Of a stretch of DNA of 64,000 bases, positions 39,342 through 48,559 are shown piece after piece. This stretch comes from an uncultured archaeon. Lineage in GTDB: Archaea > Thermoproteota > EX4484-205 > JAAOZP01. The notes under the pieces are model-generated. The model did not search any database and was not told the DNA's origin. It saw only the letters and a program-made list of their open reading frames with translations. The translations under genes were made by a program, and so were the position numbers. Where the stretch lies: positions 32,001 through 96,000 of the forward strand of contig CALIBN010000012.1 in the NCBI GenBank assembly GCA_938045545.1, read 5' to 3'. Within the stretch, counting starts at the first letter, position 1. Each line of letters opens with the position of its first letter.

Positions 39342-41273
39342 ATGCTTCAATTCTGCAACATTTGGGTGAGAAAAATGCAACAGTATCTTGAAGCGTTGAG
39401 AATGAGAATGAGCAGGCCTGACTACCTGAAGCTCTCAGCCATACCTGTCCCCAGGGTTCACCGCTTTATCTCAGAATCCGTGGAGCTGTGCAACCCTGAT
39501 CGAGTGTTCGTCTGCACTGATTCGCCGGAGGACATAGCGTACGTTAGGCGTCAGGCAGTTGTCTCGGGCGAGGAGAGGCCCTTGGCTACCCCGGGGCACA
39601 CGTATCATTTCGACGGCCCGCGTGACCAGGGTAGGGACCGGGAATTAACCAAATACCTCGTGCCCAAGTGGGATTCTCTGGATAAGGCTCTTAACCAGGT
39701 TGAGCGGGAGGAGGGTTTAACCGAGATAAAGGGCCTGTTGAGGAACATTATGCGGGGGCGCACGATGATAGTTCGTTTTCTCTCGCTGGGCCCAGTCGGC
39801 TCAGTATTCAGCATCCCCTGCATGGAGTGCACCGACTCCTGGTATGTCGCCCACTCCGTGGACCTGCTCTACCGTCAAGCATACGAAGCGTTCCGCCGCA
39901 GCGGGGTTCCAGACGACTTTTTCTGCGTACTCCATTCAGCCGGTAGGCTGGATGAAAGGATGATCAGCATGGAGCCGGATAAGAAGCGCATCTACATAGA
40001 CTACGTTGAAAACACTGTTTACAGCGTTAACACTCAGTACGGTGGTAACAGTATCGGCTTCAAGAAGCTTGCTCTACGCTTAACGATCCGCAGGGCTCAC
40101 CGTGAAGGCTGGCTGGCGGAACACATGATGATAACAGGGGTTCACGGTCCAGGTGGGCGTAAAACCTATTTCGCAGGAGCGTTTCCAAGCGGCTGTGGGA
40201 AAACCTCTACCGCGATGATCCCGGGTAACACTATTCTTGCCGACGACATTGCTTACCTGAGAAACATCGATGGGGTTTGCCGTGCGGTTAACGCTGAAGT
40301 CGGGATCTTCGGAATTCTTAAGGACGTCAATCCTGTCGACGATCCTGTAATCTGGGAGGTGCTTACGAAGCCGGGCGAGGTGATTTTTTCAAACGTGCTC
40401 GTTAAAGACGGTAAGCCCTACTGGCTTGGCATGGGCTGCGAGATTCCGAAGGAGGGGGAGAACTACACCGGCTACTGGTGGGAGGGTAAGAAGGATGAGA
40501 ATGGCGAAGAGATCCCACCCGCTAATAAGAACGCCCGCTACACGGTTTCGCTTAAAGCACTGGGGAACTGCGACCCTGAGCTTGACAACCCGATGGGCGT
40601 GGAACTCGGCGGAATCATATACGGGTGTCGTGACGCACGGGGCTATGTGCCTGTTCAACAGAGCTTCAGCTGGGAGCACGGTATTATCGCTTATGGGGCT
40701 GCGCTCGAGACAGAGACTACTTTCACGCTTGTTGAGGACGAGGGCAAGTATGAGATAAACATTATGAGCATTCAGGACTTCGTCTCAATCCCGCTTGGAG
40801 AGTATGTGCGTAACAATCTTGAATTCGGCAGAAGGCTTAGGAAGCAGCCTCTTGTCTTTGGGGTTAACTATTTCCTTAGGGACTTGAAGACGGGAGAGTT
40901 TCTGAACGATAGGCGGGATAAGCAGGTTTGGATGAAATGGATGGAGCTGAGGGTTAACAGAGACGTGGACGCCATAAAATCCCCCACCGGCTGGATTCCC
41001 AAGTACGAGGACTTGAGAAGGCTTTTCCGGGATGTACGTGGCGTCGAGTATTCTAAGGCGGACTACGTGAAACAGTTTACAACGCGTGTCCGTGAAAACC
41101 TGGCTAAAATAAACCGTGTGGAAAGGTTCTTCAAGGAGAATGCGAAAGACACGCCCCAGGAACTATTTGAAATCCTCGAGGAGCAGAGGGTCCGTTTAAC
41201 AAAAGTACAGAAAAAGTTTGGGAACTATGTTTCTCCTGAAAACCTGGAGAAAGAGGACTGGATGGAAGAATAG
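39342..41273 (+). CDS. pckG: Phosphoenolpyruvate carboxykinase (GTP)
   Basis: YGGNSIG.KKLALR, WLAEHM, AFPSGCGKTS, DDIAY and NARY motifs. Confidence 0.95.
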   Translation: MLQFCNIWVRKMQQYLEALRMRMSRPDYLKLSAIPVPRVHRFISESVELCNPDRVFVCTDSPEDIAYVRRQAVVSGEERPLATPGHTYHFDGPRDQGRDRELTKYLVPKWDSLDKALNQVEREEGLTEIKGLLRNIMRGRTMIVRFLSLGPVGSVFSIPCMECTDSWYVAHSVDLLYRQAYEAFRRSGVPDDFFCVLHSAGRLDERMISMEPDKKRIYIDYVENTVYSVNTQYGGNSIGFKKLALRLTIRRAHREGWLAEHMMITGVHGPGGRKTYFAGAFPSGCGKTSTAMIPGNTILADDIAYLRNIDGVCRAVNAEVGIFGILKDVNPVDDPVIWEVLTKPGEVIFSNVLVKDGKPYWLGMGCEIPKEGENYTGYWWEGKKDENGEEIPPANKNARYTVSLKALGNCDPELDNPMGVELGGIIYGCRDARGYVPVQQSFSWEHGIIAYGAALETETTFTLVEDEGKYEINIMSIQDFVSIPLGEYVRNNLEFGRRLRKQPLVFGVNYFLRDLKTGEFLNDRRDKQVWMKWMELRVNRDVDAIKSPTGWIPKYEDLRRLFRDVRGVEYSKADYVKQFTTRVRENLAKINRVERFFKENAKDTPQELFEILEEQRVRLTKVQKKFGNYVSPENLEKEDWMEE

Positions 41274-41285
41274 GGTTAAACTGTT

Positions 41286-42134
41286 CTAAGCGGTCGCTCC
41301 CTCTAACGACTTGGCACACTCACACTTTTTCTCGTCCGGCGTGTTTTTAACGGCTCTCGCAAGCAGCCTCTTAACGTTGTCTATGTTCCTGTTAAAAATC
41401 TCCTTAACCTCCTCATGCGTGATCTTCACCGGCCCCGTGCCTGCAGCATAGTTGGTGGACATCACTATGCTTGCGTAGCATATTCCGAGCTCTCTCGCCA
41501 AGGCTACCTCGGGGTAGCCTGTCATCCCGACGACGTCAGCGCCCCATGTCCTGTAGGCTGCAATCTCCGCCGGAGACTCGAACCTAGGCCCCTCGGTGCA
41601 TATGTAAGTGCCCCTTGGATGGTGGAATATATTCTCCTCCACGCAGGATTTTATTAAAACCTCTCTAAGCTCTGGGCAATAAGGGTTCGTAAAATCGATG
41701 TGCACCACTCCGCCGACTGGAGGCTTATCCTTGAAGACTTTAACTTTAGTCCTGCCGTTGAAAAAAGTAGGTATTCTCCTCTTAGTCGCGTCTATAACCT
41801 GGTCGACGATGACGAATTCTCCGGGCTTGATATTCGGGTTTATTGAGCCAGCCGCCTGGGTTGTGAATATTCTTTCAACACCCAGCTTCTTAAGGCCATA
41901 AATGTTCGCCCTGTAGTTTATCTCTGACGGTGGAACAGCGTGGGAAACCCTAAGGCTGCCCGGCTTAGCATGTCTCGGCAGGAAGGCAACGGCCTTATCG
42001 CCAATATATCCTAGTTCTACTCTTGGCGTTTTGCCGAAGGGGGTTTCGACAATCCTGTGTCCAACTGCCTCGAGAAGAGTGTAAAGCCCTGATCCGCCTA
42101 TTATCCCTATTCTAACCTCCTTTATCTTAGGCAT
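41286..42134 (-). CDS. mtnP: Methylthioadenosine/methylthioinosine phosphorylase (PNP/MTAP family)
   Basis: GIIGGSG, INYRANI, EGPRFE and VVGMT motifs. Confidence 0.88.
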   Translation of the reverse strand: MPKIKEVRIGIIGGSGLYTLLEAVGHRIVETPFGKTPRVELGYIGDKAVAFLPRHAKPGSLRVSHAVPPSEINYRANIYGLKKLGVERIFTTQAAGSINPNIKPGEFVIVDQVIDATKRRIPTFFNGRTKVKVFKDKPPVGGVVHIDFTNPYCPELREVLIKSCVEENIFHHPRGTYICTEGPRFESPAEIAAYRTWGADVVGMTGYPEVALARELGICYASIVMSTNYAAGTGPVKITHEEVKEIFNRNIDNVKRLLARAVKNTPDEKKCECAKSLEGATA

Positions 42135-42188
42135 GTAAGGTTCTTCAAAGGGGCCCTTAGATAAGTTTTACCGGCTTAACTGCTGCCG

Positions 42189-43880
42189 GTGGAAAAAATA
42201 AATAAGCGTTTAAGCATATACTTAGCCAGCAGGGTCCGCCCAGGGTTGATTAATCCGAGGGAGATAGTGGAGTTCTACCGGCTGAGGCAGCGTGGCTTCA
42301 GCAAGCTATATATAATACTGCTTCTAGTCACGATAAACCTCTTCTCCATCTCAATCCTGCTGGATGTCGCCAAGTTCTTCCTAGCCGTCCCGATGCTTCA
42401 GGCTGGAACAGTTGCCCTAGTCGCGACCCTCGTAGTGGGCGGGGCGGATAAGTTTAGGCTTGAAAGGAGCAGGTCCAATCCTTTCCTAATACTTGTTGAA
42501 AGCCTCCGGGTTACATCCTACACTATTCTGCCTATTCTAATGATTTTCGTTGCAGTTCTGCTCTACCTCGGTAAGCCCAGCTTTCTATACTTTCAGAACC
42601 TTAGGGGTGTGATCTCGATGCTCACAGTCTTCCTAATCCTCTCAGTGCTTGCAAAAATATTCATATTCCAGATCCGGATACTTGTTTCGCCTTTTGAGGA
42701 GAGGAAGAACATAAGATACCTGCTCTACGCGGGAACGCTAGTAATAGGTTTTTCAAGCATAATTTCATTCGTCTTATCCGACGTCCTACTCCCGCGCTAC
42801 CTGACGCAATGGTTCATGTACGAGACCTTCATCTTCTTTCTCGAGCTGATCTTCCTCTACCTGTCCGCCGAGGTGGCTCTAAACTATAGGGCAAGCGTCT
42901 ACGTAATGATGTTTCTAACATATATTGCTGTAGTGTTCTTCTCACTGACCGGTGGTGCTGAAATAATCAGGCTGAGTTACACGGAGTATGACACTGTTTT
43001 CCCTAAGATAGTCACCGGGGTTTTCCTGCTCAGCATAAACACTCAGCTAATGGACTCTAGGGTGAAACAGTTCTCCCTAGGCCAGTTTGAAACCAGAAGC
43101 AGTGAGGAGGCGACGATGGACGATCTACTGAGCATTCTGGAGGGGATTAGGAGGGATGTTGACATAAGCAAGAAGACTATTGAGAAACAGGATAATGCGA
43201 TAAAAGTCTTGACGAGAATAATCGAAAGGATGACTGTTTCAAGCAGCGGGGCGATCGAAGAACTGAGGAAGGAGCTTAAAAGCATCAGGCCATCTCAGAC
43301 AATCAGCAGCCTAAACACTTCCTTCTCGAAAAAGCTCGCTGAAGAAATCCTTAGACTATGGGAGAACCATAAGGAGTTTCCTCTAAGCGACTTAGCAGGG
43401 TTCATCCTCGGCCCCAGGCCGATGCCGGCTGGCAGCAGGAAGGCAGCCGACTTGGAAAACGTCTCGCCCATCCCACTGTTCATAATGGTGTGCATGGCGT
43501 TCCTGGAGCTGCAGAACCCTGGTTCAGCAAGCGGGAAAACCGTTCAACAGAAGAACCTAGCCGAGTTCCTCGTCTCAAACCATCCGCATTTCCGAATGAA
43601 ATGGAGCAGGCGCACAGCGCAGAACTTCGTCAACTCTTTCATACTCAGATACCTCAAGTCCTGCAGGGAGGCGGGACTGTTTTTCTCAATCGGAAACCGT
43701 GGCTCAGTCTCTTTCTCAGCCGACAGCAGTGTGCAGGCACTCTATGAGTCCGTTAGAGAATACGTTTTAGACATTGGCCCGGAAAATATCCCAATAATAC
43801 TTCTCTACATGCCGAAAATAAGAGATTTAACGATAAAAGAGTTGAATATTTCTGAAAATGATTTGAAAAAGATTTTTTAA
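42189..43880 (+). CDS. Hypothetical polytopic membrane protein with coiled-coil and cytoplasmic C-terminal domain
   Basis: About 8 TM segments, then a heptad-rich region; no family recognised. Confidence 0.7.
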   Translation: MEKINKRLSIYLASRVRPGLINPREIVEFYRLRQRGFSKLYIILLLVTINLFSISILLDVAKFFLAVPMLQAGTVALVATLVVGGADKFRLERSRSNPFLILVESLRVTSYTILPILMIFVAVLLYLGKPSFLYFQNLRGVISMLTVFLILSVLAKIFIFQIRILVSPFEERKNIRYLLYAGTLVIGFSSIISFVLSDVLLPRYLTQWFMYETFIFFLELIFLYLSAEVALNYRASVYVMMFLTYIAVVFFSLTGGAEIIRLSYTEYDTVFPKIVTGVFLLSINTQLMDSRVKQFSLGQFETRSSEEATMDDLLSILEGIRRDVDISKKTIEKQDNAIKVLTRIIERMTVSSSGAIEELRKELKSIRPSQTISSLNTSFSKKLAEEILRLWENHKEFPLSDLAGFILGPRPMPAGSRKAADLENVSPIPLFIMVCMAFLELQNPGSASGKTVQQKNLAEFLVSNHPHFRMKWSRRTAQNFVNSFILRYLKSCREAGLFFSIGNRGSVSFSADSSVQALYESVREYVLDIGPENIPIILLYMPKIRDLTIKELNISENDLKKIF

Positions 43881-44012
43881 AGAAATTTTCGTGAAAATGA
43901 ATTGAAAAAAGGGGGGAAAAGATTTTACAATGGTTTTTAAGGAGATTTATAGGCTGGATTTCATCCATGTGGCAAACACATTTCACCCTGTGAAACATAA
44001 AAACATCCTGCG

Positions 44013-44693
44013 GTGCAGGACCATAGCGACGTCTCCATCATCATTCCAACCCTGAACGAGGAGAAATCGATAGGGCTAGTTATAGAGCGCGTTAGGAGAA
44101 GCCTTCCCGGGGCGGAAATCATAATCGTGGATTCAAGCGACGATAAAACTGCCGAGATAGCCTCATCCCTCGGGGTAATCGTAGTTAAGCAGGAGAGAAA
44201 AGGATACGGGGCGGCGATAAGAAAAGGGCTGGAGAAAGCCAAGGGAAGGGTTCTCGCCTTTATGGATGGGGATGGAACCTATGACCCGGCTGACTTAAAG
44301 AGGCTCGTCGACATTGTTAGGAAGGGGGAGACGGATGTGGCCACAGGCTTAAGGTTCAGCAGCAAGCCGGCAGGCATGAGCACCGCAAGATACGTTGGAA
44401 ACTTCATGATGAACACTCTTTTCTCAATACTTTTCATGAAAAGAATTATGGATACTCAGACGGGAATGAAGGTTTTCTCGAGGGAAGCCTACATGAAGAT
44501 GAGGCTTAGGGAGAACGGGATGCCCTTCTCGACAGAAGTTTTAACCGAAGCGTGCAGGAAGGGTCTTAAAATAGTCGAAGTCAGAATAGGATATTACAAC
44601 AGGATAGGCGTTTCAAAACTAAACCCGCTTAAAGACGGTTTGAAAATCCTCCTGTTCATGATTAGGGGGAGAATAGGTTTCTCAAGAGATTAG
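44013..44693 (+). CDS. GT2 glycosyltransferase (Dol-P-sugar synthase-like)
   Basis: IIPTLNEE, GYGAA, MDGDGTY, DTQTG and RIGVSKL motifs. Confidence 0.9.
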   Translation: MQDHSDVSIIIPTLNEEKSIGLVIERVRRSLPGAEIIIVDSSDDKTAEIASSLGVIVVKQERKGYGAAIRKGLEKAKGRVLAFMDGDGTYDPADLKRLVDIVRKGETDVATGLRFSSKPAGMSTARYVGNFMMNTLFSILFMKRIMDTQTGMKVFSREAYMKMRLRENGMPFSTEVLTEACRKGLKIVEVRIGYYNRIGVSKLNPLKDGLKILLFMIRGRIGFSRD

Positions 44694-44993
44694 GTCGAGA
44701 GTTATTATGACGTTCTGCGGTATCCGTATCGTCGTTAGTGCTCTAAGAGCCTTATCGTTAAGCCCAAGGTAGATCAGCCTCCTGTAGAAACGCATTTCAA
44801 ACTTGTCCCAAGTTATCGTGCCCTGTCCACTAGGGTTCTTTTGAGTGGTAACCTTCAAAACTTTTCTCGGAAGCGGAATAGGGCCTGAAACCTTAACATT
44901 GTTCTCCTTGGCTATCTTAAGTATTTGGTCAACTACTGTTTGAAGATCGTTCAGCTCGTTACTCACTATTTTTATCCTCGCCCTGTCCACCAA
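44682..44993 (-). CDS. rpsJ: 30S ribosomal protein S10 (uS10), divergent
   Basis: ARIKI, VSGPIPLP and P.G.G..TWD.FEMR motifs. Confidence 0.85.
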   Translation of the reverse strand: MVDRARIKIVSNELNDLQTVVDQILKIAKENNVKVSGPIPLPRKVLKVTTQKNPSGQGTITWDKFEMRFYRRLIYLGLNDKALRALTTIRIPQNVIITLDLIS

Positions 44994-45467
44994 CTACGGG
45001 TTAAAAGCTTCAAAAGGGTTTTTATGGGTTTTCCTTCTTTGGAAAGCTTAGCAACAACCCATTAAAGATGAGTTTACAGGCCATCTATACAGGGTTAAAG
45101 CAAGGTTAGACACGGCGTCTAGCATGAAATAATTACTGGGTTTCGACCCAATTATTCAATGCTGGTTTGCTCTTTTCATCAGTCGCACGGCTCACGCTGC
45201 TGAACAGTTCGAAAACATTTTGATCATATAAAAGCCCTATAAAAAACAAATCCAGTATACGCATACTTAAATAGGCATCGGATCATCACTTGTTTGAAAC
45301 TTATTTTCATTAAACAGTCGCCTCGTCAACAGATAGAAATTTTTTATCGGTATCTACACTGGCCTTACAGCCAGTCAGGAAAATATGGTTTTCCACATCG
45401 TAGCCTATTCGGATCCATTAAGATTATAGGGAAAGCTTAAATATCATTAGGAAAAAGGTTAACGCTG

Positions 45468-45558
45468 GGGCCGGTAGTTCAGTGGTAGAATACCCGCTTG
45501 GCGACCAGGAAAAAGGCCAGAATGCGGGGGGTCGTGGGTTCGAGTCCCACCCGGTCCA
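45468..45558 (+). tRNA. tRNA-Ala(GGC) with a 19-nt canonical 37/38 intron (45504-45522)
   Basis: Acceptor GGGCCGG/CCGGTCC with G3-U70, anticodon GGC 45500-45502. BHB helix TTGG/CCAG with bulges CG|A and AA|T. Upstream TATA (CTTAAATA). Confidence 0.93.
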
Positions 45559-45564
45559 TTTCTC

Positions 45565-46162
45565 TCAGTGTTTAACCGCCGGAGGACCCAGCCATAAGTA
45601 GACCTTGTCGTTTTCAACGTACACGTCGTCGATTTCTAAATCATCCACATTACCCCATGGGTCGTATCCAAGTATACGTGTAGCAATACCCTGTTCAATT
45701 GCTTTGTTCGCAAGAACATATGGTGAGTTGAGAATGTTTTGAAACTCATAATTGCCAGCATTTATGTTATTTTATTAGCACGTTTAGTCTCGAGTTCACA
45801 GATTATGGTTTTGGAAAAGACAACACGAGCATCCTATTCTCGTTCAGAAGATCCTTGACATTCGGGTGATTACTAAATTTTTGTAAAAAGTACTGCTCAC
45901 GTTTTTTATAAGACTCGCGTAAGGTAGATAAGTCGTTTCTGTATACCCTATTTTCTGAAGCAGTATTATCTTGCAAATCAACAGTAAGAAAGTACAGTTT
46001 GCCTTTCCCCGCTAAGCCCACATCCATTATATCATCAACTATGCCCTCTACTTCTTTAGGCTCACTTAAATACACGGTAATTCCGAAGAACATGTCCTCT
46101 CTATCTTTGCCACTAATTCCAACAGAACATTCTTTCGTCGTAGCACTCCATCGCTTACTCAC
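45565..46162 (-). pseudogene. Conserved hypothetical protein (~200 aa), frameshifted; paralog of 1-382
   Basis: ORF 45803-46162 continues after frameshifts (...GIATRILGYDPWGNVDDLEIDDVYVENDKVYLWLGPPAVKH*) to a stop beside the att site. Confidence 0.7.
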
Positions 46163-46227
46163 ATACTTCTGAACATTTTTTCCAGCCAGCTCTAAGTCCT
46201 CACCTCACCCCCAAACTCTAGCGCCCG

Positions 46228-46560
46228 TCACTTCTTTTCCTCCTCCCGTTTCCTCTTAACACGCACGCTATCCAGGACATTTAGCCAGTAATATCGATCC
46301 CAGGCATAAACCTGGGAAACTTTACCTTCGTCATCTATTTTCCTCCTAAAGATGGTGCCTGCACAGGAGGAGCTGGCCCCCGCCTCCAATCGGGCAATAT
46401 GGCCTAAGTTTGCAGAAACTCCTGGATGCGTTATCCCGGTGTAAGAAGTGGCTTCAATACACCTATCAACTGAGAACGTTTTAATCATGCATCCAATGCA
46501 GGGTTTTCTGAAATAAGGACATTTTTCGCAGTTAGCACTGCATTTCCCCCTCTTCAACAC
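46228..46560 (-). pseudogene. N-terminal remnant of the Cys-rich TGT-like gene
   Basis: KRGKCSANCEKCPYF, YTGITHP, FCKLRPYCP and PVQAPSLGGK*MTKVKFPRFMPGIDIT match KRRAPCGLDCKNCFYF, YSGITSP, FCRLKTYCP and PVQLPHLGRKPMTIVGFREFVPRIDIT at 2200-2501. Confidence 0.75.
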
Positions 46561-46701
46561 TATTTTATCCTATTATTTCTAGGATTTAAGTAGACATTTC
46601 CAGCGAGCCTTAACCGGGCGAGTTAGATTTTACGTCTTGAATTAAGCGCCGGTCCATTTCCTCAGGTTTTAAAGCTTTATAATTTTCGCTACTAATTCAG
46701 G

Positions 46702-47442
46702 TTGAGAAGTGTAGATATGAGTAGCCTCATCTACTATGTTGACAATAGCGATATTGATCCTGATAGCGGGGAGGCGGAGAAACGCTACGAGAACATGCGT
46801 AGAGAGATTTACCGTGTCTACGCGGGTCCGTGTGTTGTGAGGCACTACAGCAGGTGTTCACTGGAGGAGGTCCAAGAGCTGGAGCCGTTGGCAGTCATCC
46901 TGAGCGGCAGCGGCACTCCATGGGAGCGGTTTGTGAATAACGACTGGGCAAGGGAGTTTAAAATAATTAGAGAGGCTCGGGTCCCTGTTCTAGGGATATG
47001 CGGCGGGCACCAGGTGATCGGTATGGCCTACTGGCATCCGCGCCGCGAGCTTGGTTGTTCGCCCATTCGCCGTATAAAACCTGGGGAGGAGGATAGAAAC
47101 GTGGGTACGCATCTTGAAGGATACTTTGTAGAGAAAGGCTTCCTGCCGGTTAGGATTGTTAAGAGAGATCCCCTTTTCAATGGCCTTGGGGACGTTATCT
47201 GCGTTGACGAGCACCATTACTGCGAGGTCAAGGAGCTTCCCTCGGGCTTCGACCTCTTAGCATCTACGGAGGAATGCCGTATTCAGGCGATGAAGCATAG
47301 GATGCGCCCACTATACGGGGTTCAGTTTCACCCGCAAATCTTTGACGAGGAGCATCCTGATGGAAAAAGGATTCTAGAAAACTTCTTTGAAATAGCTCAG
47401 CAGTACTGGAAAAACCGGCAGCATCATTATGCAAACTTTTGA
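46702..47442 (+). CDS. Class I glutamine amidotransferase-like protein
   Basis: ILSGSG, PVLGICGGHQ and YGVQFHPQ motifs. Confidence 0.85.
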   Translation: MRSVDMSSLIYYVDNSDIDPDSGEAEKRYENMRREIYRVYAGPCVVRHYSRCSLEEVQELEPLAVILSGSGTPWERFVNNDWAREFKIIREARVPVLGICGGHQVIGMAYWHPRRELGCSPIRRIKPGEEDRNVGTHLEGYFVEKGFLPVRIVKRDPLFNGLGDVICVDEHHYCEVKELPSGFDLLASTEECRIQAMKHRMRPLYGVQFHPQIFDEEHPDGKRILENFFEIAQQYWKNRQHHYANF

Positions 47443-47583
47443 GCCACTGTTCACGATCGTGAATTAAAACAGCCGAGACATAGAAGGGCGTTCTAGATTC
47501 TTACGGGCACTAAGGGTTCAATGCAGTTGCAAGCATGACATTCTGCAAAGGTTAATCCGTTAAGACAACGCGTATCCCATTCT

Positions 47584-48489
47584 TTATTTCCTGTATCCTA
47601 TTTGCTCTAAAACTGTTATGATGCTTTCAGCAGCCTTCTTTAACATGTTTACTTCGTTCTCACTCAGCTTTTCCTGAACTACTTTGAAGCCTTCTCTCCC
47701 TGCTTTAACAGGCACCCCTAGGCAAACATCCTTTATCCCGTATTCACCGTCTAAGACGGCTGACGCCGGCAGGACTTCTCCCTTATCTGACAGCACTGCT
47801 TTAACCATTCTGGCTATCGACGCGCCCGGTCCGTGGACCGTGGCTCCCTTCATGCTTATTATCTCGGCTGCTGCCTTAACAGTCTCGCTTAAAACCATAT
47901 CTAGGTCTGTGTCGCTCAACCCGTATTCTTCACGCATCCTATCTCTAAGAATCACCATGTTCTCACCGTGCTCCCCCAGGACGAACGAGCATAGGCCGCT
48001 TATCCTGATTCCCCTGCTCACCCACATTATCGTTTTTAAACGGCTCGAATCCAGGATGCCGCTTAAGCCCGCCACCTTATGTCTCTCAACACCGCTTCTC
48101 CTCCAGAAAACGTAGGTTAAAACGTCAACAGGGTTCGTCACGATTATGAATACCGTTTCACGGTCTCTCCCACCACCGTATTCTTTAGCTATCCCCTCGA
48201 TTATTGGAAGATTCCTGTTTAAAAGGTCCATCCTGCTCATCCCCGGGGTTCTTCCAAATCCCGCTGTTACGACAACAATATCTAGGCCGTGGAGAAGGGA
48301 AATATCGTTAGTCCCCTTAACCTCAACGTTTAAACCAAGAGCCTCAGCCGCGTTCTGCAAGTCCAGGGCTTCTCCAAATGACAGCTTGGGGACAATGTCG
48401 TAAAGCACTATTTCGTCAGCCTCAGTTAATAGGAAAGTTGCTGCAGAGCACCCTACTTTTCCAGAGCCTATTATCCCGATTCTCCTCAA
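47584..48489 (-). CDS. mdh: Malate dehydrogenase (LDH-like)
   Basis: GSGKVG, AGFGRTPGMSRMDL, VTNPVD, LDSSR and GEHG motifs. Confidence 0.85.
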   Translation of the reverse strand: MRRIGIIGSGKVGCSAATFLLTEADEIVLYDIVPKLSFGEALDLQNAAEALGLNVEVKGTNDISLLHGLDIVVVTAGFGRTPGMSRMDLLNRNLPIIEGIAKEYGGGRDRETVFIIVTNPVDVLTYVFWRRSGVERHKVAGLSGILDSSRLKTIMWVSRGIRISGLCSFVLGEHGENMVILRDRMREEYGLSDTDLDMVLSETVKAAAEIISMKGATVHGPGASIARMVKAVLSDKGEVLPASAVLDGEYGIKDVCLGVPVKAGREGFKVVQEKLSENEVNMLKKAAESIITVLEQIGYRK

Positions 48490-48559
48490 GTCTGAGTAGC
48501 ATTATCTAAACGGTAAACTTAAAAGTATCAGTTGGGAGGGTTGGGGAAAGGAAGCAGTA

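Larger units (their letters stand above)
45551..46660. mobile_element. Collapsed integrated element at the tRNA-Ala 3' end, bounded by direct repeats
   Basis: CCGGTCCATTTC occurs at 45551-45562 and 46649-46660 and extends imperfectly (TCTCAGTGTTTAA / CTCAGGTTTTAA). Interior holds two pseudogenes; no integrase left. Confidence 0.75.
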
